62,104 bases of DNA from Deltaproteobacteria bacterium (GTDB lineage: Bacteria; Myxococcota_A; Polyangia; Polyangiales; JADZFZ01). A program made the position numbers and the translations under genes. Where the stretch lies: positions 1-62,104 of the forward strand of contig JADZFZ010001081.1 of the NCBI GenBank assembly GCA_020854145.1, written 5' to 3'. Position 1 is the first letter of the stretch. Each line of letters opens with the position of its first letter. Below, in pieces: positions 39,302 to 49,305 of the stretch. The notes under the pieces were generated by a model. It did not search any database, was not told the origin of the DNA, and worked only from the letters and a program-made list of their open reading frames with translations.

Positions 39302-42153
39302 GGTTCGAGATCGGCTCGCTGGTGAAGGCCCGCGGTCGCGAATGGGTCGTGCTGCCCGAGACCGCTCGAGAGACCGACACGCTGGTCGTGCGTCCACTCG
39401 GTGGCACGGACGACGAGGTGACCGGGATTTACCTGCCGCTCGAGACCGTCGAATCGGCGCAATTCCTGCCGCCCGATCCGCGCGAGGCGCTCGGCAATCA
39501 CCAATCGTGTGCGCTCCTGCGCGATGCGGTGCAGCTGGGCTTCCGATCGGCGGCTGGTCCTTTTCGCTCGCTCGCGCGCATCGCGGTGGAGCCGCGCCCC
39601 TATCAGCTCGTGCCGCTGTTGATGGCACTGAAACAGGACCCCGTTCGGCTCCTCATCGCGGACGACGTGGGAGTCGGCAAGACCATCGAAGCGCTGCTCG
39701 TCGCACGCGAGCTCCTCGACCGCGGGGAGGTTCGACGCATGGCGGTGTTGTGCCCGCCTCACCTGGCGGAGCAATGGCAGCGCGCGATGAAGCAACAATT
39801 CCACCTCGACGCCGCGTTGGTCCTCGCGAGCACCGCAGGCAGGCTCGAGCGCGATTGTGGCCCCGGGGAATCGCTTTTCGACCGGCATCCGCTGGTCATC
39901 GTCTCTCTCGACTACATCAAGTCGGACAAGCGTTGCGACACGTTCGTGCGCGCGTGCCCCGAGCTGGTCATCGTCGACGAGGCCCACACCTGCACCGATG
40001 CAGGCGCTGCTCGCTCCATCGGTCAGCGGCGGCACGCTCTGCTCCGGCGATTGGTGGATCCGCACGGGGTTGGCGCCGATCGCCATCTCTTGCTCGTGAC
40101 GGCGACGCCCCACAGCGGCAATCCCGAGAGCTTCCGTTCGATGTTGTCGCTCCTCGATCCGTCCTTCGCGACGTTACCCGAAGACCTGGGCGGCGAGGTC
40201 AATCGCAAGCACCGCGAACGACTCGCGCTCCACGTGGCGCAACGTAGCCGTGGCGACGTGACGAACTACCCCGTGGGCGAAGACACCTCCACGCCGTTTC
40301 CGACGCGGAAGACCGCAGACACGAGCTACCTCCTGTCCGACGCCTACGCGGCCTTCTTCAAGAAGGTCGTTCTCTTCTGCCGGTCTCGTGTGCTCGACGA
40401 GTCCCTCGGGAAGCAGCGGCAGCGGGTCCGCTGGTGGTCGGCGTTGGCGCTGTTGCGATCGGTCGGCTCGTCTCCGGCGGCTGCGGCCGCGACGCTGCGG
40501 AATCGAGCGCAGACCGATACCGCCGAGTCGCCCGAAGAGGTCGACGAGCTCGGCCGGCGCTCGGTCCTCGACCTCGACGACGAGGGCACGGAGGGGATCG
40601 ACGTCGTGCACGGAACCCAGGAGGGCGACGATTCCGATTCCGACGACACGCGTGCGTTGCGGAAGCTCGCGAAAGAAGCCGACGCCCTTCGCGGCGAGCC
40701 CGACGCCAAGCTGCGCAAGGCGATCGACCTGATTCACCAGCTCGTTCGCGATGGGTCGTCGCCCATCGTGTTCTGCCGCTTCATCCCCACCGTGGAGTAC
40801 CTCGTCGAGGCATTGCGGGCGCGATTCAAGGACAAGATTGCCGTCGAGGGCGTGACCGGTGATCTCCCTCCGGAAGACCGCGAGGAGCGCGTCGAGTCCC
40901 TCGCGAAGAGACCGCATCGCGTGTTGGTGTGTACCGATTGCCTGAGCGAAGGCATCAATCTGCAACACGCATTCGACGCCGTATTCCACTACGACCTCTC
41001 GTGGAACCCGACGCGCCACGAGCAACGCGAGGGTCGAGTGGACCGCTTCGGACAGGAGAAGCGCGAAGTCCACACGGTCACCTACTACGGCGAAGACAGT
41101 CCGATCGACACGTTGGTCCGAAAGAAGCTGCTCGAGAAGCATCGGACCATTCTCAAGCAGCTCGGCGTCTACGTGCCCGTGCCGCAGGAGTCCGATCGTC
41201 TGGTCGAGGCGCTCGTTCGCGAGGTGTTCTTCGGCTCGAATGATCCGACCAACCCGAGGCAGCTGAACCTGGCGCTGCAGCAGGACGTCCCGCTCCTGAA
41301 GGAAGTCGAGCTCCGTTGGGACCGTGCGGTGGAGCGCGAGAAGCGGAGCCGCCAGCTCTTCGCGCAGCATGCCATCAAGACCGAGGACGTCGCGACGGAG
41401 GTCGCTGAGGCCCGACGTGCGCTCGGCGGTGAGTCCGACGTGCAACGATTCGTGCTGACGGCTGCTTCGTGTCTCGGCGCCACCGTTTCGTCGTCCGGTC
41501 CGCCATTCCAGATCGATCTCCGCGAGACGCCCGCGGCACTTCGCGACGCGATCGTGGACGACGAGACCTCCGTGCGCGTGGCGTTCCGCGGGATGGAGCG
41601 GGACGGCATCTGGGTCCTCGGGCGCACCCATCCATTCGTGGCGGGATTGGCGGCCTACGTTCTGGAGACCGCCCTCGACGCCAAAGGCGACGGGCCCGCG
41701 CGCCGTTGTGGAGTGGTGCGTACGAACGACGTGGCCAAGCGCACGACGGTGCTCGTCGCTCGGGCGCGTTACCACCTCGTGACCGTCAAGCCGGAGCAGC
41801 CGGAGCAGGCGCTCTTGGCGGAGGACGTCTTCCTGGCAGCCTTCGAAGGAAGTCCGGACGAGCCCGAGTGGCTCGACGAGTCCGCGGTGGCGCGGGTGCT
41901 GGCGGCGAAGCCGAGCCAGAACGTCGCGGTCGATTTGGCGCGCACGCAGCTCGGCCGAATCGTCGAACGGCTGAGTGTTGCGCGAGCGAAGCTCGATGCG
42001 CTCGCGAAGGAGCGCGGAAAGGCGCTGCTCGCGTCACACCGGCGAGTTCGCGAAGCCGCCAAGGCGCGAACGAAGACGGTGCGGGTCGAGCCGCACCTGC
42101 CCGCGGACGTCCTGGGCGTCTTCGTCTATCTCCCGGCCGGAGGCGCGTCGTGA
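39298..42153 (+). CDS. SNF2-family helicase (DrmD-like)
   Basis: ATGA overlap; ADDVGVGKT, VDEAH, VTATPH, CTDCLSEGINL, WNPTRHEQREGRVDRFGQ. Confidence 0.92.
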   Translation: MRFEIGSLVKARGREWVVLPETARETDTLVVRPLGGTDDEVTGIYLPLETVESAQFLPPDPREALGNHQSCALLRDAVQLGFRSAAGPFRSLARIAVEPRPYQLVPLLMALKQDPVRLLIADDVGVGKTIEALLVARELLDRGEVRRMAVLCPPHLAEQWQRAMKQQFHLDAALVLASTAGRLERDCGPGESLFDRHPLVIVSLDYIKSDKRCDTFVRACPELVIVDEAHTCTDAGAARSIGQRRHALLRRLVDPHGVGADRHLLLVTATPHSGNPESFRSMLSLLDPSFATLPEDLGGEVNRKHRERLALHVAQRSRGDVTNYPVGEDTSTPFPTRKTADTSYLLSDAYAAFFKKVVLFCRSRVLDESLGKQRQRVRWWSALALLRSVGSSPAAAAATLRNRAQTDTAESPEEVDELGRRSVLDLDDEGTEGIDVVHGTQEGDDSDSDDTRALRKLAKEADALRGEPDAKLRKAIDLIHQLVRDGSSPIVFCRFIPTVEYLVEALRARFKDKIAVEGVTGDLPPEDREERVESLAKRPHRVLVCTDCLSEGINLQHAFDAVFHYDLSWNPTRHEQREGRVDRFGQEKREVHTVTYYGEDSPIDTLVRKKLLEKHRTILKQLGVYVPVPQESDRLVEALVREVFFGSNDPTNPRQLNLALQQDVPLLKEVELRWDRAVEREKRSRQLFAQHAIKTEDVATEVAEARRALGGESDVQRFVLTAASCLGATVSSSGPPFQIDLRETPAALRDAIVDDETSVRVAFRGMERDGIWVLGRTHPFVAGLAAYVLETALDAKGDGPARRCGVVRTNDVAKRTTVLVARARYHLVTVKPEQPEQALLAEDVFLAAFEGSPDEPEWLDESAVARVLAAKPSQNVAVDLARTQLGRIVERLSVARAKLDALAKERGKALLASHRRVREAAKARTKTVRVEPHLPADVLGVFVYLPAGGAS

Positions 42154-45100
42154 GTCGCGTGTCCGACAGGGGTGCTCTCGAGGGCGTGAAGACCGAAGGC
42201 GGGCTCCTTCCTCCGGACCTGCTGCAGCGAATTGCCGCGGCCGACGCGAAGGTCGGGGGCCTGTCGGTGGACGACTACCACCTGGCCAAGAACGAGACGC
42301 TCGCCGAAGCGATCACCCGCTCGTGGAATCGTCTCCTCGCTGCCTGGGTGTCGTTCCGCGATGCGCGCGCCAGGCTGCCGGAGGGCGACAAGGCGATCGG
42401 GCCTACCCGCGACAAGTGGCTGTTGCCGCTCTTCCAGGAGCTCGGCTACGGGCGTCTCGCGAAAGCAGGACCCGAAAAATTCCGTGTCGGCGATCAGAGC
42501 TACGCAATCTCGCACTGTTGCCAGCATCCTTCGCCGATTCACCTTCTCGGCGCGGGCGTTCCGCTCCACACGAAGACGCCGGGCGTCGCCGGCGCAGCGA
42601 CCGCTTCGCCGCACGGCCTGCTGCAAGACTTCCTGAATCGGTCCGACGGGCACCTGTGGGGCTTCGTCTCGAACGGTCTGCTGCTACGCGTTCTGCGAGA
42701 CCACCGGAGCCTGACACGCTCGGCGTACGTGGAGTTCGATCTCGAATCGATCTTCGAGGGCGAGCTGTTCCACGCATTCCGATTGCTTTGGCTCGTGTGC
42801 CACCAGAGTCGCGTCGAGGCCGAGAAGCCCGAGGACTGCTGGCTCGAGAAGTGGCACGAGCTCGTCCGCGAGGAAGGAATCAACGCGCTCGACGATCTGC
42901 ATCGCGCGGTTCGCGAGGCGATCACGGTCTTCGGTCGGGGCTTCCTGCGGCACCCCACGAACGTCGCGCTCCGGGATGCGCTGACTTCGGGCGCGCTGGA
43001 CAAGCAGGACTATTACCGGGAGCTGCTCCGGTTGGTCTATCGGCTCATCTTCCTCTTCGTCACGGAGGACCGAGGCGTGTTGCTCGATCCCGGCGCGTCG
43101 GAGGATGCCCGGAGTCGCTACCTACGTTTCTACTCGACCAAGCGCCTCCGGGACCTCGCGCGCAAACGCCGCGGGAGCGCACATTCCGATTCGTGGCACG
43201 CGCTCCGCGTCGTGATGCGCGGCCTGGACGACGGTCTTCCGGCGCTGGGTCTCCCGGCGCTCGGGAGCTTCCTCTGGAGCCCGACCTGCATTGCGCACCT
43301 GGAGCCCGACGAGATCAGCAACGAAGATCTCCTCGCTGCAATCCGGGAGCTCTCCACGACCGTCGACAAGCGCAAGCAGCGTTTCCCGGTGAGCTGGCGG
43401 AACATCGGCTCCGAGGAGCTCGGGAGCGTCTACGAGCGGTTGTTGGAGCAACACCCCGAGGTGAACAAGACCGCCAGCACGTTCGAGCTCCGCACGGCGG
43501 CCGGCCACGAGCGCAAGACCACAGGCAGCTATTACACGCCGGCGTCGCTCGTCGAATGTCTCCTCGACACGGCACTCGAGCCCGTGGTCGACGACGCGCT
43601 GAAAGGCAAGTCCGGCAAAGCCGCCGAGGACGCGGTTCTCGCATTGACCGTGTGCGACCCCGCGTGCGGCTCGGGGCACTTCCTATTGGCCGCCGGTCGT
43701 CGATTGGCTCGCCGACTCGCCCGCGTCCGTTCGGGCGACGAGGAGCCGAGCCCCGAGGCGCAGCGTCACGCGTTGCGCGACGTCGTGGGGCGGTGTTTGT
43801 ACGGGGTGGACCTCAACGAGATGGCGGCCGAGCTCTGCAAGGTCAGCCTGTGGCTCGAGGCCATCGAGCCAGGGCGACCGCTGAGCTTCCTGGACGGGCA
43901 CATCCAGGTGGGCAATTCGCTGCTCGGCACGACCCCCGAGCTCATGGCGAAGGGCATCCCCGACGACGCGTGGACGGCCATCGAAGGCGACGACAAGGAA
44001 GTCGCGAAGTCGCTGAAGCGGCGCAACAAGCTGGAAGCGAAGGGGCAGCGGACGCTGGGAGGACTGTTCGACAAAGACCCGGCGGAGGAGGCGAATCAGA
44101 TTCTCGCCAAGACACAGAGCATCGAGGCTGTGAACGACGAAGACCGTGGCGGGCTGCGCCGGAAAGAGTCGGCCTGGGAAGCGCTGAGGAACTCGCCAGA
44201 GTACCGACACGCGACATTGGTGGCGGATGCATGGTGCGCCGCGTTCGTGTGGCCGAAGCAGCGCGGCGCGATGTCGGACGCAGCGCCGACGAACGGAACC
44301 TGGAGGACGCTGCGCGATCAGCCGGACCGGGCGTTGGCGAAGACGGTGGAGATCGTCGGGAAACTCGCGCGAGAGTACGCGTTCTTTCACTGGCGGATCC
44401 GGTTCCCCCAGGTCTTCGGGCGGGGAGGGTTCGATGCGGTGGCAGGGAACCCGCCGTGGGAGCGCATCAAACTGCAAGAAAAGGAGTACTTCGCTGGGCA
44501 TCACCAAATCGACGGCGCGGCCAATGCCGCCGCTCGGAAGGCGCTCATCTCCGGGCTCCAGCTCACCGACGAGGCACTCTGGGTCCGGTGGATATCTGCT
44601 CGACGGCTGGCCGACGGAGAAATGGCGCTTGTTCGATTGTCTCAACTCTACCGACTGTGCGCCGGAGGCGACATCAATGCCTATGCTCTCTTTGTGGAAC
44701 TCGCCCGGTCGCTACTTCGGTCGAGCGGGTACGTAGGCATGATAGTCCCTCCTGGCCTGCTGACGGACGACTCGCGGAAGGCGTTCGCCCGTGATGTCAT
44801 CGAGGGGCGCCGGCTCGCGTGCTTCTACGAATTCACCAATCGCGGATACCTCTTCAGCACTACCGAAAGCACAACCACTTTCGCCTTGGTAACCCTAACG
44901 GGCCACTCCAGAACTGCGAGGATCCGCTGTGCGGCGCATCTTTGGTCGGTTGCCGATCTCCGCAATACCGAGCGCACATACGAGCTGTCGTCCGAGGACG
45001 TAATCCGGCTTAATCCCAACACGCGGACCATGCCGGTTTTCGAGTCCGCCCGGAGCGCCGACATCACTGCCCGAATGTACGCGGCAACGCGAGTCCTGAT

Positions 45101-46454
45101 TTGCGAGGGCCAGCCGGACGGTGACCCGTGGCAACTGCAGCTCACAACCATGTTCCACATGGCGGCCGACTCAGCGAATTTTCGAACAGAATCAGAGCTC
45201 AAATCGGACGGCTATGTGCCGACTGCAAACGTCTACCGGCGGGGCGCGGACACGTACCGGCCGCTATACGAATCGAAACTTGCCTATGCGTACAACCATC
45301 GTGCCGGCTCCTTTGCTGGCGTCCCGCAGGACGAGATCCTTGGCCCGCGAGCACGAACGATCTCTGCGAGCGAGGTGGCGTTAGCCGATCCGGCCTGGCA
45401 GATAACCCCCAGATACTGGCTGCTTGAGGACCACATCGACACCGAGCTCGCTACTCGGGGATGGCAGGCAGGCTTCCGCGACGTTGTGAATGCGGTCGCG
45501 GATGCCAGGTGTGTTTCCGCGGCGATCCTTCCAGTGGCCCCCGTCGGACACACCATCACATTGCTCCGGACTGGGGGTGGCGCACGAACAACCGCTCTAT
45601 TGCTGGGCGTCCTAAATAGCTTCGCGTGCGACTACGCCGCGAGGCAGAAGATCTCCGGGTCGCATTTGAGCGCGTACATCGTCCGACAGCTACCGGCTCC
45701 TCCGCCTCAAGAGTTCGCGCGATCGTGCGTATGGGACGCCGGAGTGAGTCTCGGCGACTGGATAATACCGCGAGTCGTCGAACTGTCGTACACGGCGTGG
45801 GACATCGAGCAATTTGCCCGCGACTGTGGCTTCGCTTCTTCGCCCTTCCGATATGACGATGAACGGCGCCTCGTCATGAGGTCGGAGCTTGACTCTGCGC
45901 TTGCCCATGCGTTCAGGCTCAGCCGCAGTGACTGTGAGTACCTTCTTGAGTCGTTTCCGGTGGTTCGGCGAAGCGATGAGCGCCGCTACGGCGAGTACCG
46001 CACGAAGCGCCTCATCCTCGAGTGCTACGACGCCATGGCCGAAGCAGCCTCGAAGGGCACTACCTACCAGACACGCCTCGACCCGCCGCCGGCCAACCCC
46101 GGCGTGGCGCACGGACCGACGCCGTGGCGGCAGGTGGTCCGGTCGGATCGGGGAGCGCAGTCGGTCTCGGCGTTCGAGGTGCGCTACTGCGGCGGCGATG
46201 TCGTCGAGGTGCGCGGTCAGGACGCGAGCGAACCCGAGCTGCGCACGGCGACGGCGCACTTCGGGGAGCCGGAGTACGAGACCATCGAGGGCGGGGACGC
46301 TGACGGTAGTCGCGGCGACCGACGGCGGCTCAAGCTGCGCGGGTACTTCGAGTGGTTGACTCGGCTGGACAGTCTGCCGGCTCCGTTTCGAGCGCGCCCA
46401 CTCCCAGCCCAGGAGCCACACGCGGCCTCGGCTGGCTCGGAGGACTCCCAATGA
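42150..46454 (+). CDS. large N6-adenine DNA methyltransferase (type IIG/Eco57I- or DrmMI-like) with TRD
   Basis: GTGA overlap; ELGSVYERLL, RKTTGSYYTP, DPACGSGHFL (motif I), GVDLN, GNPPW (motif IV). Confidence 0.92.
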   Translation: MSRVSDRGALEGVKTEGGLLPPDLLQRIAAADAKVGGLSVDDYHLAKNETLAEAITRSWNRLLAAWVSFRDARARLPEGDKAIGPTRDKWLLPLFQELGYGRLAKAGPEKFRVGDQSYAISHCCQHPSPIHLLGAGVPLHTKTPGVAGAATASPHGLLQDFLNRSDGHLWGFVSNGLLLRVLRDHRSLTRSAYVEFDLESIFEGELFHAFRLLWLVCHQSRVEAEKPEDCWLEKWHELVREEGINALDDLHRAVREAITVFGRGFLRHPTNVALRDALTSGALDKQDYYRELLRLVYRLIFLFVTEDRGVLLDPGASEDARSRYLRFYSTKRLRDLARKRRGSAHSDSWHALRVVMRGLDDGLPALGLPALGSFLWSPTCIAHLEPDEISNEDLLAAIRELSTTVDKRKQRFPVSWRNIGSEELGSVYERLLEQHPEVNKTASTFELRTAAGHERKTTGSYYTPASLVECLLDTALEPVVDDALKGKSGKAAEDAVLALTVCDPACGSGHFLLAAGRRLARRLARVRSGDEEPSPEAQRHALRDVVGRCLYGVDLNEMAAELCKVSLWLEAIEPGRPLSFLDGHIQVGNSLLGTTPELMAKGIPDDAWTAIEGDDKEVAKSLKRRNKLEAKGQRTLGGLFDKDPAEEANQILAKTQSIEAVNDEDRGGLRRKESAWEALRNSPEYRHATLVADAWCAAFVWPKQRGAMSDAAPTNGTWRTLRDQPDRALAKTVEIVGKLAREYAFFHWRIRFPQVFGRGGFDAVAGNPPWERIKLQEKEYFAGHHQIDGAANAAARKALISGLQLTDEALWVRWISARRLADGEMALVRLSQLYRLCAGGDINAYALFVELARSLLRSSGYVGMIVPPGLLTDDSRKAFARDVIEGRRLACFYEFTNRGYLFSTTESTTTFALVTLTGHSRTARIRCAAHLWSVADLRNTERTYELSSEDVIRLNPNTRTMPVFESARSADITARMYAATRVLICEGQPDGDPWQLQLTTMFHMAADSANFRTESELKSDGYVPTANVYRRGADTYRPLYESKLAYAYNHRAGSFAGVPQDEILGPRARTISASEVALADPAWQITPRYWLLEDHIDTELATRGWQAGFRDVVNAVADARCVSAAILPVAPVGHTITLLRTGGGARTTALLLGVLNSFACDYAARQKISGSHLSAYIVRQLPAPPPQEFARSCVWDAGVSLGDWIIPRVVELSYTAWDIEQFARDCGFASSPFRYDDERRLVMRSELDSALAHAFRLSRSDCEYLLESFPVVRRSDERRYGEYRTKRLILECYDAMAEAASKGTTYQTRLDPPPANPGVAHGPTPWRQVVRSDRGAQSVSAFEVRYCGGDVVEVRGQDASEPELRTATAHFGEPEYETIEGGDADGSRGDRRRLKLRGYFEWLTRLDSLPAPFRARPLPAQEPHAASAGSEDSQ

Positions 46455-49036
46455 CGTTCACCCCGGTGCAGCGGATGTTGGAGCGAGTCGACCTCGCCCG
46501 AGCTGATTCGGACACAAGCCTGTTCTTCGATCTGCTGGGGTTGGCGGAGTTGGTCGCGAAGATCCTCACCGCGTCTGTCGTCGCTGCCATCGCCGACGAC
46601 AAGGATCGCACGCGGTATGGCCAACTCCACCGTCTCGTTCGGGCGGACGGAATCGGCGAATGGGCTGCCGTTCTGGACGAGACTGTCAGCGGTCCCCCTT
46701 CCCAGGGAATTCTACCCGAAGCACGGCCACTCCTGCGCGAGTTGAGCGAGAAGTGCCCGGCTGGCACGTGGCAGTTTGAGGCCGTGAGCCGCATGCACGA
46801 GTGCCTGCTCGTGGTGGGCGCAAGTCCAGAGGCACTCCCGGCCAAGCCCCAACTGAAAACGTGGTTCGCCAAGTTCGCCACCCTCCGCAACAAGACTCGC
46901 GGCCACGGTGCGTGCCCTAGTCGAGTACTCGCCGACGCCTGCGTACCTCTCGAGGCGTCGGTCCGCAGGATTATCGACAACTCGGCGGCGTTTTCGGCGT
47001 CGTGGGCCTACCTCCATCGTAATCTCAACGGCAAGTATCGGGTCACGCCGCTCACAGATGTGGCCGCTGCTTTCGGCAACTTGAAAAGCACTACGCAGCA
47101 CAATTTTCCTGACGGGGTGTATGTTCATCTGGGTCGCCCCGTTCGGGTGGACTTGGTTGACTCCGACGTAGACGCCTCCGACTTCGTTGTGGCGAACGGA
47201 GGGTTCGGCGGCGACCGCTACGAGATGCTGTCGTACGCTACCGGCCAAACGCGCTTTGCGGAGTCGTCCGCATTTCGGCTGCCGCCGACGCAACTTCCGA
47301 GCAGCGAGACGGCAGGCCTCGGCGAGTTGGACGCGGTTGGCGCCTGCTTCACCAACTTGCCGAAAACGCCCGTTGACTACATCCAGCGACCCGTCAGTGA
47401 GGCCGCGCTGCGCGAGTTTCTGCATGACGACTATCGCCGGATTGTCACACTCATCGGCCGGGGAGGAATCGGCAAGACCAGCCTCGCATTAGCGTGCCTC
47501 GACCGCATCGCGAGGGAAGGCGGCCGATTCGAGGTCATCGTTTGGCTGAGCGCGCGTGACCTCGATCTCCTGCCGCAGGGGCCCAAGCGCGTTCGGCCCG
47601 ACGTGATCGATCACAACGATATCGCTCGGGAGTACGCGCGTCTGCTGCAGCCGGACGAGGCGGGGCTGAAGAGTTTTCGAGCCACGGACTTCCTCGCACG
47701 TGAACTGGGCGAGGCAGCGGCTGGACCTACGCTATTCGTCCTCGATAACTTCGAGACGGTGAGTAGCCCGCCCGTTCTCTATCAGTGGATCGATAGTCAC
47801 ATTCGCCCCCCGAACAAGGTCTTGATCACTACGAGGCATCGGGATTTCAGTGGCGACTATCCAATCGAAGTCGGTGGAATGTCCGACTCCGAGTGCGAGA
47901 GGCTGATCGAATCTGTCGCTCGTCGCCTGCGCATTCAGGAACTGCTGACTTCGGACTACATTGAAGACGTCATTCGAGAGTCCGAGGGCCATCCTTATGT
48001 CATGAAAATTCTCCTCGGGGAGGTCGCGAAAACCGGAATGCTTCGGAAGGTCGAGCGCATCGTGGCGGAGTCGGACGCAATCCTCGATGCGTTGTTCGAA
48101 CGAACGTTCTTGGCACTGTCGCCTGCGGCACAGAGAGTGTTCTTGACAGTGTGCGGTTGGCGCTCCGCAGTTCCACGAGTTGGGCTCGAGGCGATCTTGC
48201 TGCGCGCCGCAAACGAGAGGATCGCGGCCAGGGATGCGATCGAGGAGCTTCAGCGAAGCTCCTTCATCGAGTCACTGGAGTCTTCTGAGGATGGGCAGAT
48301 GTTCATTGCTGCTCCCCTAGTCGCCCGACTGTTCGGGCAGCGAAAGCTGTTGGTGAGTCCCATGAAGACCGCCATTCAGGCTGACGTTGATTTGCTCCGG
48401 GCATTCGGGCCAACTACCCGGCCGGAGACGCGGCAAGGATTTGCCCCGCGACTCAGGCAAATGGTCCGGCATGTGGCCCGGAAAGGTGCCGGTGAGTTCG
48501 AGCAGTATATTCCCATCCTCGAGTTTATCGCGTGCAGTTACCCTGGTGCGTGGTTGGAGCTCGCTACGATGTATGAAGAGAGTTCTCAGCCCGACGGGAT
48601 GGACCGGGCCATCTATGCTCTGCGGCGGTACTTGGAGAGTGGCACGCAGGAGTATGCTGGCGAGGTTTGGACTCGGTTGGCCGAGATTTGTCGGCGGACG
48701 GGTGACACTGTTGGGGAGTTGCAGGCTCTGATCGAGGCGGCAGAGTGCACTGGGGCAAGCCTCGAGGCGGTCTCGGCTGCGGCGAATCGCGTCAACAACC
48801 TGTTTCGTGTCGCCGCCGTCGACTCGAGTGAAAAGCACATTCTCGTGCGCCGACTTGTCGACGCCATGGCGGCGAACATCGGACGCGGCACCGCGACGGA
48901 CTACTCGCGACTGGCTTGGTTGTGCCTGCATCTCAAGGACGCCGTGCGCGCTAGGAAGTACGTGGCCGCGGGACTTCAGTTGGACCCGACGAACGAACAC
49001 TGCGTACGGCTCGAGGAGCGTCTCAGTGCCGGCTGA
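46451..49036 (+). CDS. STAND/NB-ARC-type NTPase with N-terminal HEPN-like domain and C-terminal TPR-like repeats
   Basis: ATGA overlap; LRNKTRGHG (46886-46906); GRGGIGKTSLA, LFVLDNFETV, VLITTR, GHP; helical repeats. Confidence 0.82.
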   Translation: MTFTPVQRMLERVDLARADSDTSLFFDLLGLAELVAKILTASVVAAIADDKDRTRYGQLHRLVRADGIGEWAAVLDETVSGPPSQGILPEARPLLRELSEKCPAGTWQFEAVSRMHECLLVVGASPEALPAKPQLKTWFAKFATLRNKTRGHGACPSRVLADACVPLEASVRRIIDNSAAFSASWAYLHRNLNGKYRVTPLTDVAAAFGNLKSTTQHNFPDGVYVHLGRPVRVDLVDSDVDASDFVVANGGFGGDRYEMLSYATGQTRFAESSAFRLPPTQLPSSETAGLGELDAVGACFTNLPKTPVDYIQRPVSEAALREFLHDDYRRIVTLIGRGGIGKTSLALACLDRIAREGGRFEVIVWLSARDLDLLPQGPKRVRPDVIDHNDIAREYARLLQPDEAGLKSFRATDFLARELGEAAAGPTLFVLDNFETVSSPPVLYQWIDSHIRPPNKVLITTRHRDFSGDYPIEVGGMSDSECERLIESVARRLRIQELLTSDYIEDVIRESEGHPYVMKILLGEVAKTGMLRKVERIVAESDAILDALFERTFLALSPAAQRVFLTVCGWRSAVPRVGLEAILLRAANERIAARDAIEELQRSSFIESLESSEDGQMFIAAPLVARLFGQRKLLVSPMKTAIQADVDLLRAFGPTTRPETRQGFAPRLRQMVRHVARKGAGEFEQYIPILEFIACSYPGAWLELATMYEESSQPDGMDRAIYALRRYLESGTQEYAGEVWTRLAEICRRTGDTVGELQALIEAAECTGASLEAVSAAANRVNNLFRVAAVDSSEKHILVRRLVDAMAANIGRGTATDYSRLAWLCLHLKDAVRARKYVAAGLQLDPTNEHCVRLEERLSAG

Positions 49037-49305
49037 TCTCGGGCGCGTCGCAGGGCTTCGCGTCCCGCGGGGAGATGCTCGCCAGTCGGGCCGCTCTGGC
49101 GTCATGTGGCTCGTGTGACTTCAAGGGCGCGCGCTGCCGCTGAGGGTATCACCCCTCTCCGGGAGCCTGGGACCGCGTACCCCCCGGAGTGGTGTGCCGG
49201 CACGCGGGAGACCGCGCGGCCGCCGGAGGTGCGCATCGGTGAGGCGCTGGCCGGGTTCGCCCGCGCACGATTGCGGGAGCGTGGCCCTCGAATGCAGGTG
49301 AGTCG

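Noticed and set aside
36851-39628. 925-aa minus-strand ORF
   Set aside because: Antisense shadow of the UvrD/SNF2 genes, which carry clear motifs; typical of high-GC DNA
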